Shown one piece after another: positions 38,313 through 40,000 of a stretch of DNA of 40,000 bases. The notes beneath the pieces were generated by a model. The model made no database searches. It was not told the origin of the DNA and saw only the letters and a program-made list of their open reading frames with translations. The position numbers and the translations under genes were made by a program. The stretch is from Cardiobacterium sp. Marseille-Q4385. Lineage in GTDB: Bacteria; Pseudomonadota; Gammaproteobacteria; Cardiobacteriales; Cardiobacteriaceae. The DNA is taken from NCBI RefSeq assembly GCF_916618745.1, contig NZ_OU745373.1, forward strand, positions 2,177,126-2,217,125. The letters are read 5' to 3'. Numbering within the stretch: the first letter of the stretch is position 1; each line of letters opens with the position of its first letter.

Positions 38313-38325
38313 AGGCACGCGCGTA

Positions 38326-39198
38326 TTACAGCGGTTTTTCCGCCCAGAATTGTTTGATGACGTCTGCGACGGCAGCGGGTTCGTCCATATGCAAATGGTG
38401 GCCGCCGTCCAGGCGGACGACGCGGATATCCTGGGTCAGGCGGTAGCGGTCGGGCAGGTAATGCCAGTGCGCGGTAAAGCCGCTGTGGCCTTCGATCATC
38501 AAGACCGGCGCGGTGATGCGCGGGATGAATTCTTGCACTTGTTCTTCAGAGAGCATCATCGGCTGCCACACGGTGAGGCGTTTGTCGCTGATGAAGCGGT
38601 AGCCGGCGGCCTCGTGGTTGAGGTTGCGCCGCACCAGGCGTTCGGCACTCTCCGGCTTCATCTCCCCGGCCTTGATGCGCGCGGCGATGAGCGGGACAAG
38701 ATCCTGGTAGTAGCGGTTGCTGCGCGGGTTCATGTAGTCCATGGTCAGCAGGCGTTCGCGCATCCGCTCCGGCAGGTCGTTGTGGTTGGAGACGTAGGGT
38801 GTGCCGTAGCATTCGATGCAGACGAGGCGGCTGATGCGGTCGTAGAAGGTGCCGGCCACCATGCTCGCGACTGCCGCGCCGAGGGAATGGCAGACGAAGT
38901 CGATTTTGTCGATGCCGAGGGCGTCAGCGGCAAACATGGCGTCGCGCATATGGTCGGTGAAGTGGTAGCCCGCGCCGAGCGGGCGGTGCGCGCTGCGGCC
39001 ATGGCCGGCAAATTCAAGCGCGATGAGCGAGGTGTTATTGTCGATGAGGTAGGGCGCGAGCGGGGCAAAGCTGGCGGCGTTATCAAGCCAGCCGTGCAGG
39101 GCGAGGACGATGTGTTCGCCTTCGCCCCAGCGCTGGCCGGCGAGGCGGATGTGGGGCAGGTCGATGCAGATTTCGCGGGGGGTGATGGGGTGGGTCAT
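38326..39198 (-). CDS. Alpha/beta-fold hydrolase
   Basis: 290 aa with the oxyanion HGW motif (LALHGWLDNAASF), nucleophile elbow CHSLGA, and a C-terminal GGHHLHMDEP (catalytic His). Confidence 0.85.
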   Translation of the reverse strand: MTHPITPREICIDLPHIRLAGQRWGEGEHIVLALHGWLDNAASFAPLAPYLIDNNTSLIALEFAGHGRSAHRPLGAGYHFTDHMRDAMFAADALGIDKIDFVCHSLGAAVASMVAGTFYDRISRLVCIECYGTPYVSNHNDLPERMRERLLTMDYMNPRSNRYYQDLVPLIAARIKAGEMKPESAERLVRRNLNHEAAGYRFISDKRLTVWQPMMLSEEQVQEFIPRITAPVLMIEGHSGFTAHWHYLPDRYRLTQDIRVVRLDGGHHLHMDEPAAVADVIKQFWAEKPL

Positions 39199-39216
39199 GG
39201 GGGATGTGGGCAGGTT

Positions 39217-39408
39217 TCAGGGGTTGCGGTGTTCTTCGTACCGGGCTTCCGGCTGTTCGTCCGCCTCCGGCAACTGGCCGCTGTCGGCGATTTGTTGCAG
39301 CAGATGATTGAGTATTTGCGCCGGAGTTTTGCCGTGCTGGCGGATGATGGTGAAGGCTTTGTTTTTGGTTTGGGTCGGGATGTGGAAGGTGTAGGCGGTG
39401 CTGTGCAT
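39217..39408 (-). CDS. Small RelB/DinJ-like ribbon-helix-helix protein (tentative)
   Basis: 63 aa. GGAG RBS lies 6 nt upstream, directly after the upstream gene's TAA. The pattern FHIPTQTKNKAFTIIRQHGKTPAQILNHLLQQIADSGQLP resembles RelB/DinJ antitoxins (beta-strand, K..A, G.T.aq.l, ..LPF). The tail is acidic. Confidence 0.45.
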   Translation of the reverse strand: MHSTAYTFHIPTQTKNKAFTIIRQHGKTPAQILNHLLQQIADSGQLPEADEQPEARYEEHRNP

Positions 39409-39418
39409 GGCGGGCTCC

Positions 39419-40000
39419 TTACGGGCAGGGGTTGCTGATTTCCGCATGGATGGCGTTGATCGCAGCGAGGGTGTCATCGCTGAGGGTGATGTCGGCGCTG
39501 GCGATGTTTTCCGCGAGTTGTTCCAGGCTGGTCGCGCCGATGATGTTGCTGGTGACGAAGGGGCGACTGGTGACAAAAGCCAGCGCGAGTTGAGCGAGGC
39601 TGATGCCGGCAGCTTCTGCCACGGCGGCGTAGCGTTCGACAGCGGCAAAGCCCTGCGGCTTGGTGTAACGGGTGAAGCGGCTGTATTTGGCGATGCGCCA
39701 GTCCTGATGCCAGGGCAGGCGGCGGTATTTGCCGGAGAGCAGGCCGAAGGCCAGCGGCGAGTAGGCGAGCAGACCGATGTGTTCGCGCAGCGATATTTCG
39801 GCGAGGCCGACTTCATAGCTGCGGTTTAGAAGGTTGTAGGGGTTTTGCACGGAGACGGCGCGGGTTTTGCCGCTGAGGGCAGATTCGTGCAGATGCGTCA
39901 TCACGCCCCACGGGGTTTCGTTGGAGAGGCCGTAGCTGCGGATTTTTCCCGCTTGCACGAGTTCGTCCAGCGCAGCGACGGTTTCGGCGATGGGCGTCAG
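39419..40000 (-). CDS. Aldo/keto reductase (5' end outside window)
   Basis: The frame is open to the window edge. GKIRSYGLSNETPWGV, VQNPYNLLNR, LAYSPLAFGLLSGKY and IIGATSLEQLAENI are AKR family motifs. Confidence 0.88.
   Translation of the reverse strand: MTPIAETVAALDELVQAGKIRSYGLSNETPWGVMTHLHESALSGKTRAVSVQNPYNLLNRSYEVGLAEISLREHIGLLAYSPLAFGLLSGKYRRLPWHQDWRIAKYSRFTRYTKPQGFAAVERYAAVAEAAGISLAQLALAFVTSRPFVTSNIIGATSLEQLAENIASADITLSDDTLAAINAIHAEISNPCP

Overview
High-GC (about 60% by eye) proteobacterial chromosomal segment with betaproteobacterial, Neisseriales-like gene order. I saw no rRNA, tRNA or CRISPR. Most of the window is core housekeeping. Plus-strand blocks are aroQ-accB-accC, prmA-dusB-fis, hemF and an M19 dipeptidase. 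A long minus-strand block follows: purA, DUF2065-hflC-hflK-hflX-hfq, a SufU/SufT-type SUF operon (rrf2-sufBCDS-sufU-sufT) and a translationally coupled MoxR / DUF58 / transglutaminase triad. The plus strand then carries ubiG-gph-SDR-kdsD-lptC-lptA-lptB-rpoN, ppa and a prolyl oligopeptidase. The window ends with a small minus-strand operon: aldo-keto reductase, RelB/DinJ-like protein, alpha/beta hydrolase. Accessory or unusual content: (1) an orphan 664-aa membrane protein with six DnaJ-type CxxCxGxG zinc-finger repeats, about 3 TM helices and a C-terminal peptidoglycan-binding-like domain. (2) Two 108-bp, 106/108-identical palindromic MITEs in inverted orientation 27.6 kb apart; their core matches my recollection of the Neisseria Correia element, and a possible third degenerate copy is present. 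(3) A low-GC islet between the dipeptidase and purA, holding a 149-aa ORF split by an 842-bp IS5-family element with a TAA target duplication. (4) Several low-GC single-gene inserts (a lipoprotein and a secreted protein) and an orphan SUKH/SMI1-like gene after fis. I found no recognisable defence, toxin or secretion system. The best candidates for something undescribed are the zinc-finger/TM/PG-binding protein and the antitoxin-like gene coupled to a hydrolase. All functional calls come from motif recognition in the supplied translations; no database search was possible.
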